Below are positions 10,983 to 19,400 of a DNA stretch of 64,000 nt, piece by piece. The translations under genes were made by a program, and so were the position numbers. Location of the stretch: the NCBI GenBank assembly GCA_045545315.1, contig JAZQAR010000040.1:8027-72026 (forward strand). Reading direction: 5' to 3'. The notes under the pieces are model-generated. The model made no database searches. It saw only the letters and a program-made list of their open reading frames with translations, and was not told where the DNA came from. The number at the start of each line of letters is the position of its first letter. Positions within the stretch are counted from its first letter, which is position 1. The DNA comes from Eubacteriales bacterium. Its GTDB lineage: Bacteria; Bacillota; Clostridia; Oscillospirales; QAKW01.

Positions 10983-11012
10983 ACCGCCAACATTCTGTTG
11001 GCGGTTTATTTT
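10981..11012. terminator. bidirectional terminator between XRE and the rsmF-like gene
   Basis: aaaccgccaaca-ttc-tgttggcggttt followed by attttttatttt. Confidence 0.75.
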
Positions 11013-12290
11013 TTATTTTAAAATTCTTAATCCCTTGGGATAATGATTTTTGCCTTGGCCGTTGCTGGATTTGATCCAGCCCATGGGAACACCTTCCACG
11101 CAAGCCACGCCGAACCCTTTTCTGTCAGACGGGATCACCTCGCCCCGCAAATACGAATAGGCCTGTTCCGGCGTGCAATCCTCAAAGAAACAAAACTGCT
11201 CCTTGGGGAAACACATCGCCAAATGATGGGCAGGCTTCCATTGGCGCCCCACCTGCTCCAAAGCCTGAATACCGGCTCTTAACACGGGGAGCCCCTTCAG
11301 CTCCGGCAGGTCCTCGTCCACCAGATAGCAAAAGTTTCCCCGGCGGATCAAATTACCCTTGGGGGCTTTCAGAACCGTCTTCAAAAAGGCGGTTTCTTCC
11401 GGGAGTTTTTCGCCCTTCAGGGTGGGCAGGTCTTTCCGTTCCCCTTCCCCCGTGTGGACCATGGCGCAGACAAAGTGCCCTTCCCCATCGGGGCCCGGGA
11501 AGATCCGGCGGGCTTGCTCCAAACCGAAAAAGCCGGGGGATCCGCCTTGAATACCGGTATCTACCACCCTAAATTCCGGGTGGCGCTCCAAAAACCAAAG
11601 GATGGTTTTTTCGTTTTCCTCCGGGTTAAAGGTACAGGTAGAATAGACCAGCCGACCGCCGGGCTTCAGGGTCTTGGCCCCGGCCTCCAGCACCCCACGG
11701 CTCCGCTGGGTACAAAGCTCCACCAGCGCCGGGGTCCACTCCTCCAGGATCCGGGGATACTTACGGAACATCCCCTCACCGGAGCAAGGGCTATCGATCA
11801 AAACCTTATCAAAATATTGGGGTGCGGCCTTGGCCAGGTGTTCCCCATCGGTATGGGTGATCACCGCCCGGGAGACCCCCATACGCTCCAAATTTGAGAG
11901 GAGAGCGCTTGCCCGCTTGGCGTTGATCTCGTTTGCCACCAGAAGGCCATCGGTCAATTCTGCGGCAATTGCGGTGGATTTAGAGCCGGGGGCGGCGCAA
12001 AGATCCAGTACCCGATCGGAGGGCTCCACCTGCAGGGCGGTCACCGCACTCATAGCGCTGGGCTCCTGGAAATAATACAGCCCCGCCTGATGGTAGGGGT
12101 GGTTGCCCTCGGTCTCGCCTTCAGTCACGATATAGCCCCGTTCATACAAGGGATTGGGGCGCACCCCAAAGGGAACAAGCCGCAAAAAATCCTCCCGGCT
12201 GATTTTTTGGGGATTATAGCGTACCCCTTCGGTGGCGGGAGAACCGATAAAAGGAGTGAGATCCACCCATTCTTTTAAATAATCGATCAT
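11013..12290 (-). CDS. rsmF: RsmB/RsmF-type (NOL1/NOP2/Sun) rRNA cytosine-C5 methyltransferase
   Basis: A 425-aa ORF with the SAM motif DLCAAPGSKST, catalytic DSPCSGEGMFRK and YSTCTFNPEENE, and a C-terminal PUA-like tail. The exact rRNA target is not determinable from sequence. Confidence 0.85.
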   Translation of the reverse strand: MIDYLKEWVDLTPFIGSPATEGVRYNPQKISREDFLRLVPFGVRPNPLYERGYIVTEGETEGNHPYHQAGLYYFQEPSAMSAVTALQVEPSDRVLDLCAAPGSKSTAIAAELTDGLLVANEINAKRASALLSNLERMGVSRAVITHTDGEHLAKAAPQYFDKVLIDSPCSGEGMFRKYPRILEEWTPALVELCTQRSRGVLEAGAKTLKPGGRLVYSTCTFNPEENEKTILWFLERHPEFRVVDTGIQGGSPGFFGLEQARRIFPGPDGEGHFVCAMVHTGEGERKDLPTLKGEKLPEETAFLKTVLKAPKGNLIRRGNFCYLVDEDLPELKGLPVLRAGIQALEQVGRQWKPAHHLAMCFPKEQFCFFEDCTPEQAYSYLRGEVIPSDRKGFGVACVEGVPMGWIKSSNGQGKNHYPKGLRILK

Positions 12291-13150
12291 TTAATCGCCT
12301 CATTTTTCAATTCCTGGAACCCAAATCCCAAAATCTCTGTGGCTTCTCCCACCACCATAAAGGCCTTTGGATCCAATTGATATACGATCCGGCGGAGCAA
12401 TCGCTCTTCGCCGGGATTCAATGCGCAAAACAACACGTTGCGATCTTCCCGGGAATAGCCGCCCATCCCTTTTAAAATCGTTACGCTGTGGTCTGTTTCT
12501 TTCATTATGGCCTCTTCCAGAGGGATTTCCGAAATAATAAATGCAAAACGGCCGGCGGTACGCCCTTTTAAATAAGTGTCCAGCACCACCGTATACACCA
12601 CCGCCAGCAACAAGGAATAAAGAACCGTTTCCAGTTCCCGATAAAGCAGGCCGCCCGCCAAGATCACCAGACCGTCGATCACCAGCACCAGCCCACCAAA
12701 GGAAATACCCGGGAACTTTTTCTGCAATAGCAATGCGGCAAGATCGCTGCCACCGCTGGTCATTCCCTGGCCGCACATCAAAGCGGCGCCGCCCCCGGAA
12801 AGGGCCGCCCCGCAAAGGGTGGAAAGAATTCGATCCCCCTCAAAAGCAGGGATCCAGGCTGTGGCTTCCATCGCCAGGGAGATCAGTAACGTGCCGCCCA
12901 GGCTCATCAGCGTGAATCGCTTGCCCAGCATCAAAAAAGAGATCACCAACAGAGGCAGATTGATAACCAACACCATCAATCCAAGGGGCAGACCGGTCAA
13001 CACGTTGATAATGGTCGCCAACCCGGTGGCACCGCCCAACAGTACCCGATGGGGATTGATAAAAACCGTGACCCCCACGCCATAGAGCAACGCTCCCAGC
13101 GTCATCACCGCCAAGCTTCCCGCATATTTCAGGTATGATTTATTCTTCAT
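12287..13150 (-). CDS. YitT-family membrane protein (C-terminal DUF2179)
   Basis: A 287-aa ORF with five or more TM helices followed by a soluble C-terminal domain (ITILKGMGGYSREDRNVLFCAL). Its start and stop overlap both neighbours. Confidence 0.75.
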   Translation of the reverse strand: MKNKSYLKYAGSLAVMTLGALLYGVGVTVFINPHRVLLGGATGLATIINVLTGLPLGLMVLVINLPLLVISFLMLGKRFTLMSLGGTLLISLAMEATAWIPAFEGDRILSTLCGAALSGGGAALMCGQGMTSGGSDLAALLLQKKFPGISFGGLVLVIDGLVILAGGLLYRELETVLYSLLLAVVYTVVLDTYLKGRTAGRFAFIISEIPLEEAIMKETDHSVTILKGMGGYSREDRNVLFCALNPGEERLLRRIVYQLDPKAFMVVGEATEILGFGFQELKNEAIK

Positions 13151-13526
13151 TCGCTATGATCCTTTCAAAAAGTTCCTCCAGCCGCTTTTGTTCTCCGGCC
13201 AGATAAAGATAGCCCCAAAGAGCCTCAAAGCCGGTGGCGGCGTGGTAAGTACCCAGATCTGCGTGGCGGGGCTTGGAATGGCTTTTGGCATTCCGTCCTC
13301 TGCGGACGATCTCCTGCTCATCTTCCGAAAGATCCGGCAGGATCTTTTCCAAAAAGGCCTGTTGCGCCTCGCAACTGACAAAATGCTTGGATTTTTCGTG
13401 GAGCTTATGGTTTTGTCGGTTCCCCATGGAAAGCACATGGTTCCGCACGTAGAGTTCATAGACCCCGTCCCCCAGATAAGCCAAAGCCAGGGGGCTATAT
13501 TGTCGCATAACGTCTTCTTTATTCAT
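13140..13526 (-). CDS. mrnC: mini-ribonuclease III
   Basis: A 128-aa ORF with LAYLGDGVYELYVRNHV and an ATGFEALWGYLYL RNase III signature. Confidence 0.9.
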   Translation of the reverse strand: MNKEDVMRQYSPLALAYLGDGVYELYVRNHVLSMGNRQNHKLHEKSKHFVSCEAQQAFLEKILPDLSEDEQEIVRRGRNAKSHSKPRHADLGTYHAATGFEALWGYLYLAGEQKRLEELFERIIANEE

Positions 13527-13983
13527 AACAGTTCAACAGAACTCCTTTCAATTTACCCTCTTCGATCTCGATGATGCCGTAATCTCCCAGCTTCAGGGAG
13601 CCGGGGTTCATCAAAAAAACACCTTCCCGCTGTTCCATCAGAGGGGTATGGGTATGGCCGAAAAATACGCCGTCCACCCCTTGCGCCCTGGCGGCGGCCA
13701 GCAATTGACCCAGACCGCTTTTGACCCCGTAGCGGTGGCCGTGGCAGAGCAGCAATTTTTTTCCACCCAGCTCCAGGATCAGTTGCTCCGGCCCCTGGTC
13801 GTAAGGGTCGCAATTCCCCTTGACCCCGTACACCGGCTGACCCTGGGTACGGGCCAGCATCCAGCGGGCGTCGCTGATATGATCCCCCAGATGGATGATC
13901 CCATCGTTGGGATACCGTTTATATAATTCCTCCATAGGCTCCCGTCGGCCGTGGGTATCGGATACAACGATATAGCGCAGCAT
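13519..13983 (-). CDS. YfcE/MJ0936-type metallophosphoesterase
   Basis: MLRYIVVSDTHGRRE, IHLGDH, GNCD, LCHGHRY and GHTHTP motifs. The start is placed at the ATG at 13983 behind caaaggaga; the 74-aa upstream extension in the track has no homology-like features. Confidence 0.85.
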   Translation of the reverse strand: MLRYIVVSDTHGRREPMEELYKRYPNDGIIHLGDHISDARWMLARTQGQPVYGVKGNCDPYDQGPEQLILELGGKKLLLCHGHRYGVKSGLGQLLAAARAQGVDGVFFGHTHTPLMEQREGVFLMNPGSLKLGDYGIIEIEEGKLKGVLLNCYE

Positions 13984-14079
13984 TCTGATCTCCTTTGTTC
14001 TCAATATAACCATTTTAGCATAAAATAAAGAGAAAAGGAATAGGAAATCCTTAAAAACCCTTCTGAAAGGAGCAATTAT

Positions 14080-14358
14080 ATGAGCGGTTCTAACTTTATG
14101 GACGAGATCAAGAAAATGGATAAGAAGGAAAAACGGGCCCTTTTGGAAAAGATCACCAATGCGCTGACCCCGGAACAGCAACAGCAGGTCAAGGGGATCT
14201 TGCAAAATAAGGAGCAGGTAGAGGCCTTACAGAAAAATCTGAAGAGCGAGGATCTGCAGACCCTGGTAGACGGACTTTCCGGCGGGGAGGATCCCCGGGA
14301 TTTTCTGAACAGCCCCCGGGTGCAAAAGCGGATGAAGGAGCTACTGGATCAGGGCTGA
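14080..14358 (+). CDS. small hydrophilic protein, function unknown
   Basis: A 92-aa ORF with SD gaaaggagc 7 nt upstream. The protein is helical and K/E/Q-rich. It may be the N-terminal half of a split gene (see findings). Confidence 0.5.
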   Translation: MSGSNFMDEIKKMDKKEKRALLEKITNALTPEQQQQVKGILQNKEQVEALQKNLKSEDLQTLVDGLSGGEDPRDFLNSPRVQKRMKELLDQG

Positions 14359-14453
14359 TCGACCTGCTTTCTTCTCTCCCGGGGGCGGTAGATGAGGGGC
14401 ACCCTTCCGGCACCGATCCCCTTGGGGGAATCCTGAAGGGAATCGACCCTAAA

Positions 14454-14633
14454 ATGCTGGGCAGGATCACTTCTATGATGGGAGAAATGAACCAAAAGCC
14501 CGACAATCGCTGCTCCCTTTTGGCGGCGCTGAAGCCCTGGCTCCGCCCGGAGCGGCAGGCACGGGCAGATGAGGCCATCCGCATCCTGAAGCTGCTGCGC
14601 ATTTGGGAGCTTTATCAGAAAGGGGGTTCCTGA
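14454..14633 (+). CDS. small protein (59 aa from the first ATG), function unknown
   Basis: Absent from the track. The frame is open from 14211 and reads ...GGILKGIDPKMLGRITSMMGEMNQKPDNRCSLLAALKPWLRPERQARADEAIRILKLLRIWELYQKGGS*. Protein-like sequence continues upstream of the first ATG. The stop overlaps the next start (TGATG). Confidence 0.4.
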   Translation: MLGRITSMMGEMNQKPDNRCSLLAALKPWLRPERQARADEAIRILKLLRIWELYQKGGS

Positions 14634-14896
14634 TGGAGATCCATCTGCAATCCGACGGACAATTATATCCGCCCGCCAAACCAAAACCCAAGCCAAAGCC
14701 CAAGCCGGAGCCGACCCTTCCCCCCTGCCCTAAAGAGCCAATCGATCTGAACAGGTCGGCGGAGTGGGAGGATCTGTTGCTAATAGCGGTCATTTTCATC
14801 ATTTTTCGCAGCAAGGGGCAACCGGATCTGTTTTTATTGGCAGCCTTGGCCTATATTCTTTTTGACAGTTGCTTTTCCCTGAAAAATTTTGTATAA
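14634..14896 (+). CDS. small membrane protein with a (PK)n repeat
   Basis: MEIHLQSDGQLYPPAKPKPKPKPKPEPTLPPCPKE followed by two hydrophobic helices. SD aaaggggg lies 7 nt before the ATG at 14634, which is preferred over the track's TTG at 14603. Confidence 0.5.
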
Positions 14897-14900
14897 TGAA

Positions 14901-14931
14901 AAGCGTTGAGATCCTTCTCAACGCTTTTATT
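14901..14931 (+). terminator. rho-independent terminator
   Basis: aagcgttgaga-tcct-tctcaacgctt is an 11-bp perfect stem followed by ttatt. It also argues against the track's TTG start at 14906 for the next gene. Confidence 0.75.
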
Positions 14932-14950
14932 GTTGAAACGAGAGGTATTT

Positions 14951-15703
14951 ATGGCGCAGTTTTATTCCTTATTTTCATCCAGCAAGGGCAATGCGGCGGT
15001 GATCGTCTCCCAAGGTCGGGGGATCCTGATCGATTGCGGGGTCAGTTATCGGATGCTGACCAATCGCTTGGCGGAATGCTCCCTTGGTTGGGAGCAGATG
15101 GATGGGATCCTTTTGACCCACGAGCATACTGACCACGTGAAAGCGATCCCCCAGATCCTAAAGCACAAACATCCCCCCATCTACGGTTGCGGCACCACCC
15201 TTGCCAATGCGGAGGTAGAGGGGATCGACCACGGCGGAGAGCCCTTTCAGATCGGGGACTTCACCGTCGTACCCATCCGCACCAGTCACGACGTTTGCCA
15301 ATCCTATGGCTACCGCATCGAGGTGGAGGACAAGGCCATTGGCTTTGTGACCGATACCGGCAAGATCACCCCGGAAATGAACCAACATCTTTCCGGCTGT
15401 TCTCTGATCATATTGGAAAGCAACTACGATCCCGAGATGTTGACCTATGGCCCCTACCCTGCCCAGACCAAGGCACGGATCCGCTCCGATCGGGGGCATC
15501 TTTCCAACGGGGATTGCGCCTCCCTTTTGGCTTTGAAGGCCCTGGAGGGCTCCTTGAAAACGGCGGTCTTGGCACATTTAAGCGACAATAACAACACCCC
15601 TATGACCGCAAAAATGGCAACCTTAGACGTTTTTGCCCAATATGGGATCGATCATATTCAATTAGAGGTCGGGGGGCCTTTTTGCCCCTGTATTGAGGTA
15701 TAA
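14951..15703 (+). CDS. MBL-fold metallo-hydrolase (YycJ/WalJ-like)
   Basis: MAQFYSLFSSSKGNAAVIV, and LTHEHTDHVKA carrying the HxHxDH motif. The ATG at 14951 follows SD gagagg. It sits directly upstream of rlmH, as in Bacillus. Confidence 0.85.
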   Translation: MAQFYSLFSSSKGNAAVIVSQGRGILIDCGVSYRMLTNRLAECSLGWEQMDGILLTHEHTDHVKAIPQILKHKHPPIYGCGTTLANAEVEGIDHGGEPFQIGDFTVVPIRTSHDVCQSYGYRIEVEDKAIGFVTDTGKITPEMNQHLSGCSLIILESNYDPEMLTYGPYPAQTKARIRSDRGHLSNGDCASLLALKALEGSLKTAVLAHLSDNNNTPMTAKMATLDVFAQYGIDHIQLEVGGPFCPCIEV

Positions 15704-15705
15704 CC

Positions 15706-16185
15706 ATGAAATGCACGGTTCTTTGCACCGGGAATTTAAAAGAAAAATATTGGAAAGAGGCGGAGGCAGAATACGCCAAGCGAATGGGTCGCTTTGGGGG
15801 CTGGTCGGTCATCGAGCTGCCGGAGGTCCCCCTATCGGATAAGCCCGGCCAAAAGGAGATCGACACCGCCCTGGAAAAGGAGGCAGAGCAGCTTTTAAAA
15901 AAGCTTCCGCAACGCGCTTACACCATTGCCCTTTGTGTGGAGGGAAAGCCCCTTTCCAGCGAGGAATTGGCCCGGTCGGTTGGCGAGTTGCCCACCCAGG
16001 GCTACAGCGAGATCGCATTGATCATCGGCTCCTCCCACGGCCTTTCGCCCCGGATCAAGCAGCTTTGCAAGCGGCGGCTTTCCATCTCACCCATGACCTT
16101 CCCCCATCAGATGATGCGGGTGATCTTAGCGGAGCAGTTTTACCGGGCCCATAAGACCCTGGCCGGAGAATCTTACCACAAATGA
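15706..16185 (+). CDS. rlmH: 23S rRNA (pseudouridine1915-N3)-methyltransferase
   Basis: A 159-aa SPOUT-family ORF with IGSSHGLSP and PHQMMRVILAEQFYRA. Confidence 0.92.
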   Translation: MKCTVLCTGNLKEKYWKEAEAEYAKRMGRFGGWSVIELPEVPLSDKPGQKEIDTALEKEAEQLLKKLPQRAYTIALCVEGKPLSSEELARSVGELPTQGYSEIALIIGSSHGLSPRIKQLCKRRLSISPMTFPHQMMRVILAEQFYRAHKTLAGESYHK

Positions 16186-16259
16186 CCCCTCGGAGTACCA
16201 CAGGCACTCCGTTCCCCCTTCCAAGGGGGAAAATGAAGGAATTTTAAAATATGCTGACG

Positions 16260-16293
16260 AAGCCCCGGAAGTGAACGATCTTCCGGGGCTTTA
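16260..16293 (+). terminator. hairpin downstream of rlmH
   Basis: aagccccggaag-tgaacgat-cttccggggctt followed by a short T tract. Confidence 0.55.
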
Positions 16294-16426
16294 CTATATA
16301 AAGTGGGAAAGGATGCAAACGATAACGTTTGCGAATAAAAAAGTGCCGATTTTGTCAAAAGGGCTGAGATTATTGATACTAACGGAAAGCAGAAGTTCTC
16401 TTCTGCGGTTGGTTATGAACGTTTAA

Positions 16427-16454
16427 GGGGCACCCTCCGGAAGGAAGGTGCCCC
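16427..16454 (-). terminator. hairpin immediately downstream of giant gene A
   Basis: ggggcacc (16427-16434) pairs with ggtgcccc (16447-16454), 17 nt beyond the stop at 16471. The trailing T tract on the minus strand is weak. Confidence 0.5.
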
Positions 16455-16470
16455 ATTTCTGTGTATTTAA

Positions 16471-19400
16471 TTATGCCAGGGAGCGGAGCAGCTCAACCAC
16501 GTCTACCAGGTCAACCACGTTATCGCCGTTAACGTCGCCGGCAGCCAGGTTATAATCACCTTCGTCCAGGTCGCTCAACAGATAACGCATCATAGCACTG
16601 GCATCGGTCAAGCCGCTGGTGCCGTTCTTGTCAAAGTCGCCCTTGATCAGATTATGAACGTCCAGCTTGGTGGCGCCGTCGCCAACCTCGGCCAGAGCCG
16701 CACCGTCCAGACCGGTGGCGGATACGTAGTCGATGGTTACTGCACTTTCGCCCAGAGCGGCATCATCCTTCACAGCGAAGGTCAGCTTGAAGTAGTTACC
16801 CTCTGCATCGGAGGACAGCGCCTGATCGGCATAGCGGTTGGTCACCTTAACGGTGGTCTTACCGGCTTCCTTCGAAAGTTCAATCTCGCAGGTCTTATCC
16901 ATGATATCAACGTTGACCAGATCGGCCACGTCGGCATCATAGGTTACAACGAATTCCATAGCGGAAACTTCTTCGTCGTTCACCGCACCAACGGGAACCA
17001 CAACCTCGGTACCAACGGGAGCAAAGAAGCTGATGCCGGTATCCAGCGTCATGGGTTTCATCACGATATCGGTGAGCCATTCGTTACCGCAGGTAGCGCA
17101 CTTATGAGCGTTTGCACTCTTGATCTCCTTATCGGAGTAAGCCTTGGGATATCCTTCGGCCTCGTCACAATGGAGGGTCAACTCTTCCTTACAGAAGAGA
17201 CAGGTGCCGGTATGCTCGCCATCCTTATGGCTTACACAGTCTTCAATGTAATGGCTGTAAGCGTTCACGTTGGTATCGGCATTGTAAGGTCCGTTGATGG
17301 GATCTTCCACGCTGAAGGAGCATTCGTTCCGGATCATGGAGGTATCGCCGATCAGCTTACCGTTCACGTCGGTATAGAATACGGGAGCATCGATGCCCTC
17401 GAAGGTCACCTTATAGGGAACCTTATGAGTATCATCTGCAAAATAAACGGTACCGTTTTCAATACCCAGGTCGGCATCCACCTTGGTATTATAGTCGTAA
17501 ACCGTCTCGCCGGTGACGACCTTAGCGGCGTCGATCTCGGTGGTGGCATCTCTCAAAGAAATGGCGTTAGCATATTCCCTTTCGACCATAGCCCCAACAT
17601 TAGCGGCAGAGCCGTTGGTCAAAACGGCATTATCGGTATAAACATTTTCTGCGATCACATTGTTGCCGCAGAATTCGCCGGTATTCCGATAAACCATCAA
17701 CTTGGCAGCATCGTTGCCATAGATCATAACGTTCTTCAATTTAAGAGTATGAACAGGAGTGTCTTTTCTGGTATAGAACTCAGCCAACAGCAAAGCAGCC
17801 ATGTTCTTACCGTGACCGGCTACAGTCTTATTGTTTGCAATCACGATATTCTCAGCAACAATCGTAGAACTATTGGAGCCGGGATTTGCATCGTCATCGA
17901 TAGCACCAACCAGCCAGCTACCGGAACCGGTACCGGCGTAGGTGTTGTTTACGATGCGGATGTTCTTCAAGGTGGCGGTGGTAGAGAAATACTGACGGCC
18001 GATCAGAACACCGTTATTACCGGCACCAAGACGGAATTCGCAGTTTTCAACGGTGATATTGCTGAGAGTTGCATTTCTGGAAGGACCGCACATCACAAGG
18101 CCCCAACCGGACTGGGAGGTCACGAAGGTACCGTTCTTGAAGGTGATGTTATCGAATTCGCAAGCCTTAGAGATATCATTCAACAGCAAGCCACTGTAGT
18201 TTGCAGCCTGAGTATATACTACATCCTCGTCATAATCAAATACCAGGTTCTTAACGGAGGTACCGTCATAGGAACGGAGGAAGCCACGGTTTGCTTTGTC
18301 GGGACCGGCTACGTAGTTCTTAATGGTATGACCCTGACCGTCGACAGAGGCCTTCAGATTATCAAGAGTCGCAAATCCGCTCCCCTTTACGTCGATATCA
18401 GCGTTCAAAACGATGGTCTGATTTTCGGTATATTCAGTGGAATGAGCTTCCACGTAAAGCAGGTCGTCCACGTTGTTTACGCCAACCTTGGGGAATTCAT
18501 CGTTTCCTTCGATGCCAAAGCCTTCGAAGGTGATGGGACCCATTGCAAAGCCTTCCACACCGTAGGAGGCGGGGAACGCCTTATCGGCAGCGGGAACGTA
18601 AAGATCAACCAGATCCTTGGCATCCTTGTTCACAGCTTCCTGATTTACGTAAACCTTTTCTTTTACCAGTTCCATCTTCAAAGCGATGGCTTCGGGGTTT
18701 GCAAAATATGCGGGATCTTTCCCTTCGAACAAAGCGATGGCCTTATCCAAAGCATTGGTCAGAAGGCTGGTTACCTTAACTTCAGCATCGGTATAACCGA
18801 AGGTGAATTGGTCGCCTTCCAAAGCGGCTTCCTTACCGGAAACCAGCTCAAAGGTGGCATCCACACCGATATCCAGGGTTACGGTATCGCCCTTCTTGCC
18901 GTAGAAACTAAACAGTTCGCCGTTGGCGTTCACGGTCACCTTCAAGGGGATCTCGTCTGCTTCGCCATAAACAACGGTACCGTCTTCATCAACAGTCCAG
19001 TATACACGGTCATAGACCTTAGCGCCTTCGCCGCGGTCCTTTGCATAGTTCTGGTTCAGCTTATAAGCCAGTTCAACACCGGAAATATCGGCGGGCAGAA
19101 CTTCCATGTTATTGCCAACCAAATCGGCATCGTTTTTACAAACAACGCCATTACCCACACCGTAAATGTTTTCCAGGCGGGTTTCCGGCATAACTGCCTC
19201 AGTTGCCAAACCGGAACGTACGATTTCAAACTGATGGACGGGCTCAACGCCATTGAATACGGCATAGCTGTTTCGAATGGTGGAATTCAGCTGTGCCCAT
19301 CCGCTCAAGGCACCGTATACCAGCAATTTACTCTCCAAAGTAACCAGGCTATAGCAGCTATCGATATGAGCGGCACCACGGCCAACGAAGGTACTGTAAC

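Noticed and set aside
13984-14205. A 74-codon N-terminal extension of the metallophosphoesterase ORF in the track
   Set aside because: The conserved family N-terminus (MLRYIVVSDTHG) begins at the ATG at 13983, preceded by a good SD. The extension would overlap the start and promoter region of the divergent small gene at 14080.
14669-14713. The short periodic DNA repeat (ccaaaacccaagccaaagcccaagcc), considered as a possible CRISPR or microsatellite
   Set aside because: It is an in-frame hexanucleotide-like repeat encoding (PK)5 within a small ORF. There are no spacer-repeat structure and no cas genes.
16186-16470. The largest non-coding gap (285 bp), examined for a tRNA, sRNA or small gene; the track lists a 61-aa minus ORF at 16173-16358
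   Set aside because: I found no tRNA cloverleaf or T-loop (GGTTCGA-type) sequence and no match to any ncRNA family I recognise. The 61-aa ORF overlaps the rlmH 3' end and terminator and has no SD. The gap is adequately explained by two convergent terminators plus spacer.
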